Of a DNA stretch of 64,000 bases, positions 59,791-64,000 are shown one piece after another. Position 1 is the first letter of the stretch; each line of letters opens with the position of its first letter. Made by a program: the position numbers and the translations under genes. The stretch is taken from assembly GCA_902520725.1 (NCBI GenBank), contig CABYPB010000002.1, positions 8,666-72,665 on the forward strand. Direction: 5' to 3'. The notes beneath the pieces were generated by a model that ran no database searches, was not told the DNA's origin, and was given only the letters and a program-made list of their open reading frames with translations. The DNA comes from an uncultured SAR86 cluster bacterium (lineage in GTDB: Bacteria > Pseudomonadota > Gammaproteobacteria > Magnimaribacterales > D2472).

Positions 59791-60438
59791 ATGATTGAAT
59801 TTTATTTTTCATACAGAAGTCCTTATTCATATTTAATTCTTCCAAGAATGCTCAAACTTAAGAATGAATATAAATTGGATATAAATTTTAAAATTGTTTA
59901 TCCCATAGCTATAAGAATGCCTGAATGGTTTGATAACAAAAATATATTTTTCTTTATTCCATTCAAAAGAGACTTTATGAAAAAAGCAAAAAAATTAAAT
60001 ATGCCATTAAATATGCCGATAAAACCTGATCCAATCAGGCAAAATAAATTAACTGGAAAAATAGCTAATTATCAACCCTATATATTTGATGTATGTCATA
60101 TGGGCCAGTTAATGTGTAATAGAGGTAAAGGAATAGAATTTGCATATGAATTATCAACCTTGATATGGACCGTTAAGAATTGGAATTCAGATGATAAATT
60201 AAAAGATCTACTAGCTGATTTTGGAGAAGATTTAGATGAAGTAAGGGAATCAATAAAATCAAATGAAAAGAGTTTAATTGAAGAAATTGAAGTGAATCAA
60301 TTAGATCAAAAAGAAGCTGGACATCATGGAGTTCCTTTAAATGTTTATCAAGATAAGTTTTATTTTGGACAAGATGAACCATTTAATAATTTAATTAATA
60401 AGTTAATTCAAGATGGGGTTATTAAAAGTTTTCAATGA
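59791..60438 (+). CDS. DsbA-like / kappa-class GST (2-hydroxychromene-2-carboxylate isomerase family)
   Basis: IEFYFSYRSPYSYL, GHHGVP, FYFGQD. Confidence 0.85.
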   Translation: MIEFYFSYRSPYSYLILPRMLKLKNEYKLDINFKIVYPIAIRMPEWFDNKNIFFFIPFKRDFMKKAKKLNMPLNMPIKPDPIRQNKLTGKIANYQPYIFDVCHMGQLMCNRGKGIEFAYELSTLIWTVKNWNSDDKLKDLLADFGEDLDEVRESIKSNEKSLIEEIEVNQLDQKEAGHHGVPLNVYQDKFYFGQDEPFNNLINKLIQDGVIKSFQ

Positions 60439-61493
60439 AAGTATTACGAACGCCTGATAAACATTTTAATAATATAAAAGGTTATCCATTTAAACCTATA
60501 TACACAAACATTATATCTGATGATGGAACAAAATTAAGAATCCATCATATAGATGAGGGTCCACAAGATGGCCCTATTTTGTTAGCAATGCATGGGCAGC
60601 CAGTATGGAGCTATTTGTATTCAAAAATGATCCCAATTCTTAATAAGTCAGGTATAAGAGTTATAGCACCTGATCTTGTTGGGTATGGTAAATCAGATAA
60701 ACCAAGTATGAGAGAAGATTATAGTTATCAAAAACAAGTTGATTGGATGACTCAATGGATGAAAATAAATGATTTAAATAATTTAACCTTTTTTGGTCAA
60801 GATTGGGGTGGTTTGATAGGTCTAAGAATGGTCGCTGATAATCCTGACAAATTTATTAAAGTATCTATGGGAAATACTGGATTACCTTATGCACCAAATA
60901 CACCAGATGAAGTTATCAAAAAAATTAAAAAATTTAGAGAAAGTAAAATAAAACTTACGCCTCTAAGTATGTCAAAAGAGATTAATAAAATGGATACAGG
61001 CATGACTCACCCTGCCCTAAAGTTTATGTATTGGCAGAAATTTTGTTGGGACTCGAAAAATTTACCTATTGGATTAATTAATTCAGCTATGATGGAAAAT
61101 AAACCTAGAAACGAGATAAGAAATCATTTTATATTGCATAAATTTGGCCTATCGAGAATATCTCCTTATGTTACTGATTTAATGAAAGCTTATGATGCGC
61201 CATTCCCAACACCTGCATATAAAATGGGATGCAGAGCAATGCCAAGTCATGTGCCGATAATTCCAGATCAATCATTGGAGGCACAAAAAAAAGCAAGAGA
61301 ATACTTCAAAACTACTGATAAACCTTTCATGTCTGTTTTTGCTGGAAATGATCCTGTAACTAATGCCATGGAGAAAGATGTTCTTAATATGGTACCAAAT
61401 GCAATAAAGGTACCTCATATTGGCGGAGGTCATTTTTTTCAATGGACTAAACCTAAAGAATTATCTAAAGTATTAGTAGACTTTATTAAATAA
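60435..61493 (+). CDS. Haloalkane dehalogenase (HLD-I-like)
   Basis: [28 protein letters not shown], nucleophile QDWGG, AYDAPFP, GNDPV, GGHFFQ. Confidence 0.88.
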   Translation: MKVLRTPDKHFNNIKGYPFKPIYTNIISDDGTKLRIHHIDEGPQDGPILLAMHGQPVWSYLYSKMIPILNKSGIRVIAPDLVGYGKSDKPSMREDYSYQKQVDWMTQWMKINDLNNLTFFGQDWGGLIGLRMVADNPDKFIKVSMGNTGLPYAPNTPDEVIKKIKKFRESKIKLTPLSMSKEINKMDTGMTHPALKFMYWQKFCWDSKNLPIGLINSAMMENKPRNEIRNHFILHKFGLSRISPYVTDLMKAYDAPFPTPAYKMGCRAMPSHVPIIPDQSLEAQKKAREYFKTTDKPFMSVFAGNDPVTNAMEKDVLNMVPNAIKVPHIGGGHFFQWTKPKELSKVLVDFIK

Positions 61494-61498
61494 TTACA

Positions 61499-62182
61499 AT
61501 GATTGATCTGTACACATCACCTACTCCAAACGGACACAAAGTTTCGTGTACATTGGAAGCAATGGGGCTAACATATAATGCCCATTCTATTAATCTCATG
61601 AAAGGTGATCAAAATAAACCTAAATTTTTAAAGATCAGTCCTAACGGAAGAATTCCAGCGATCATTGATAGATCTAATAATGACTTACATATCTTTGAAT
61701 CAGGTGCAATTATGATTTATCTAGCTGAAAAGACAGGTCAATTGATGTCAAAAGATCCTATTAAGAAAGCTAAAGTTCTTGAATGGTTAATGTTTCAGAT
61801 GGGTGGTGTTGGCCCAATGATGGGTCAAGCAAATGTTTTTTTTAGATATTTCCCTGAAAAGATACCATCTGCTATTGATAGGTATCAAAATGAAACTAGA
61901 AGACTCTTTGAAGTATTAGACAAACATCTATCTAAATATGAATGGTTAGCTGGCCAATATTCGATTGCAGATATAGCAAACTGGTGCTGGGTTAGAACTC
62001 ATAATTGGTCTGGTGTATCAATTGAAGGACTTCATAATTTAGATAGATGGAAGAATGACATGTACAATAAACCAGGGATGAAGGAAGGAATTAAAGTTCC
62101 AGTTAAGGTAGAAAATCTTTTAAAAGATAAAAAAAAGGCAGCTGAATTTGCAAAGAATTCATCAAAAATTGTAAAAAAATAA
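61499..62182 (+). CDS. Glutathione S-transferase, Nu class (YfcG/YghU-like)
   Basis: [48 protein letters not shown]. Confidence 0.9.
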   Translation: MIDLYTSPTPNGHKVSCTLEAMGLTYNAHSINLMKGDQNKPKFLKISPNGRIPAIIDRSNNDLHIFESGAIMIYLAEKTGQLMSKDPIKKAKVLEWLMFQMGGVGPMMGQANVFFRYFPEKIPSAIDRYQNETRRLFEVLDKHLSKYEWLAGQYSIADIANWCWVRTHNWSGVSIEGLHNLDRWKNDMYNKPGMKEGIKVPVKVENLLKDKKKAAEFAKNSSKIVKK

Positions 62183-62191
62183 GGAGTATTA

Positions 62192-62806
62192 ATGATAAAG
62201 CTATATCTAACACCAAATACAAGAGCAGGTAGGGTTGCATGGCTTCTAGAAGAATTAGAAATTGAATATGATTTAGAAATTTTACCCTTTACTAAAGAGG
62301 GTCTGAAATCTCCTGAACATAGATCCAGACATGCCCTAGGCAGAGTACCAGTTATAGAGGATGGAGATGTATCAATATTTGAATCAGGAGCAATAATTCA
62401 ATATGTTTTAGATAGATATGATAGCAAGGGTTTAAAACCTGATGTTCAATCTAAAGAGTATCCCTACTATCTTCAATGGTTTCATTACTGTGAAGGTATG
62501 GTTATGCCTCCGATGAATCAAATTGTGGTTCAAACAATTCTTTTGCCGGAAGAACGTCGAGATGAAGTAGTATTGAAACAGGCAATGAATTTGCTCTCAA
62601 AGTCTTTAAGTCCAGTAAATAATTATTTAGAAGGAAAAGATTATCTAATTGGTGATTTTTCAGCTGCTGATTGTATGTTGGGTCATTCATGCTTCATGGC
62701 TAATAAATTTGGGACTGTTAGTGATGATATGACAAATATAAAACGATATGTATCAAATATTGAGTCAAGGGAAGCATTTAAAAAGGCAATACAATTAGGT
62801 CAATAG
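62192..62806 (+). CDS. Glutathione S-transferase
   Basis: TRAGRVAWLLEEL, LGRVPVI, FESGAI, FSAAD; AAGGAG SD. Confidence 0.9.
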   Translation: MIKLYLTPNTRAGRVAWLLEELEIEYDLEILPFTKEGLKSPEHRSRHALGRVPVIEDGDVSIFESGAIIQYVLDRYDSKGLKPDVQSKEYPYYLQWFHYCEGMVMPPMNQIVVQTILLPEERRDEVVLKQAMNLLSKSLSPVNNYLEGKDYLIGDFSAADCMLGHSCFMANKFGTVSDDMTNIKRYVSNIESREAFKKAIQLGQ

Positions 62807-62809
62807 AAT

Positions 62810-63901
62810 ATGCAAAAACCTATACAAGTTTTTGGTAATGTTGGTTCTCCTTATACTCAAAAAATATTATCACTGTTAAGATACAGAAATATACCCTATG
62901 CCATCTCATGGGGAGATGTAATTCATAATTTATCACTGTTAGGCTTAGATCCTCCTAAACCTGTCCTGCTACCAACTCTTGTTTTTGATAATAAAGATGT
63001 AAAAACTGATACCACACCAATCATTAGATACTTAGAAAAGTTATTTTCTAAGAAATCTGTAATTCCTAATTCATCAAGTGTTAAATTTTTAAATTATTTA
63101 TTAGAAGATTTTGCAGATGAATGGACAACAAAATATATGTTTCATTATCGGTGGCATTTTGACGAAGATGCAGAAAATGCAAAAAAAATGCTTGTGCTAC
63201 AACATAAGATAAATATTGATGATGACTCATTAAATGAATTTGGTAATTCTATAGCAGATAGGCAAATTAATAGGCTATGGGTTGTTGGTTCAAATAATGA
63301 AACTGCAAAATTAATTGATAACAGTTTCAAAAGATTTTTAAAACTATTAGAGAAACATCTTTCAAATACTCCATATATGTTTGGTTTAAGACCCTCCTCT
63401 TCAGACTTTGCTTTATATGGTCAATTAACTCAACTAGTTGGATTTGATCCAACTCCCAGAAAAATTGCGTTAATAGAGTCACCAAGGTCTATATCATGGG
63501 TATCTATAATGAGTGATTTATCTGGTTTGCATAATATGGGTGGGGTTGGTGAATTTTTTGGAATTAATAATGATTCTAATAATAAAAATCTTAATTATTT
63601 TGAGGATAATGAGGAAGGATGGTACTCACTAAACAAGTTACCTGAATCATTAAAAGAAATCTTCAATGAGGTTGGTAAGGTTTATATTCCATGCTTAATA
63701 GCAAACAATAAGGCTTATATTAATAATGAAGATACATGGGAAATAGAGCTTGATGGATCAAAGTGGAAGCAAAAAACATTTCCATATCAATCTAAATGCT
63801 TAAATTGGATTAAAGATGAGTTTAACAATTTATCTGAACAAGATAAAAATGATGTTAAAGACTATTTGAAAGGTTCTGGATGCGAGTTAATCCTGAACTA
63901 A
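62810..63901 (+). CDS. Large glutathione S-transferase family protein
   Basis: GSPYTQK...LRYR, DTTPII..LE, EDFADEW, G.RPS..DFALYGQL. Confidence 0.82.
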   Translation: MQKPIQVFGNVGSPYTQKILSLLRYRNIPYAISWGDVIHNLSLLGLDPPKPVLLPTLVFDNKDVKTDTTPIIRYLEKLFSKKSVIPNSSSVKFLNYLLEDFADEWTTKYMFHYRWHFDEDAENAKKMLVLQHKINIDDDSLNEFGNSIADRQINRLWVVGSNNETAKLIDNSFKRFLKLLEKHLSNTPYMFGLRPSSSDFALYGQLTQLVGFDPTPRKIALIESPRSISWVSIMSDLSGLHNMGGVGEFFGINNDSNNKNLNYFEDNEEGWYSLNKLPESLKEIFNEVGKVYIPCLIANNKAYINNEDTWEIELDGSKWKQKTFPYQSKCLNWIKDEFNNLSEQDKNDVKDYLKGSGCELILN

Positions 63902-64000
63902 TTTTTCAGAGCGATAGTGATAAAAGAAAAAAATTGTAGATAAAGCAGTTAATAAATGCCAAAACCCATGTGCTTGAAATATTGTGTCTGGGTTACATGT
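63887..64000 (-). CDS. Ceramidase (CREST superfamily)-like membrane protein, C-terminal fragment (partial)
   Basis: Manual translation TCNPDTIFQAHGFWHLLTALSTIFFFYHYRSEKLVQD*, with an HxxWH motif. Confidence 0.65.
   Translation of the reverse strand, partial: TCNPDTIFQAHGFWHLLTALSTIFFFYHYRSEKLVQD

Overview
Very AT-rich, densely packed gammaproteobacterial chromosome segment. Gene content, short or overlapping intergenic spaces and pruned operons suggest a streamlined marine lineage such as SAR86 (inference). The left ~37 kb is mostly core genes: nudC end, rne, rluC, rpmF, fabD-fabG-acpP, mltG-tmk-holB, trmA, nfuA, csiV-mfd, an acyl-CoA dehydrogenase pair, long-form gap, complete nqrABCDEF-apbE-nqrM, aceA, purB, mnmA, icd, clpS-clpA and infA. 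A canonical XerCD dif site at 40147-40174 places the window at the replication terminus. It is flanked by accessory genes: three exported peptidases (M64, M14, S10), cysK/cysE, an orphan carboxyltransferase, a three-gene operon with deviant catalytic motifs, and an eight-gene glutathione/haloalkane-dehalogenase operon. Other observations: loss of structural Zn sites in RNase E and HolB, recurrent -10 boxes 6-8 nt before start codons (candidate leaderless mRNAs, including a symmetric bidirectional promoter), and two palindromic operators upstream of aceA. Four short or partial genes missing from the ORF track were found by manual translation. I saw no tRNA, rRNA, CRISPR array, IS or prophage.
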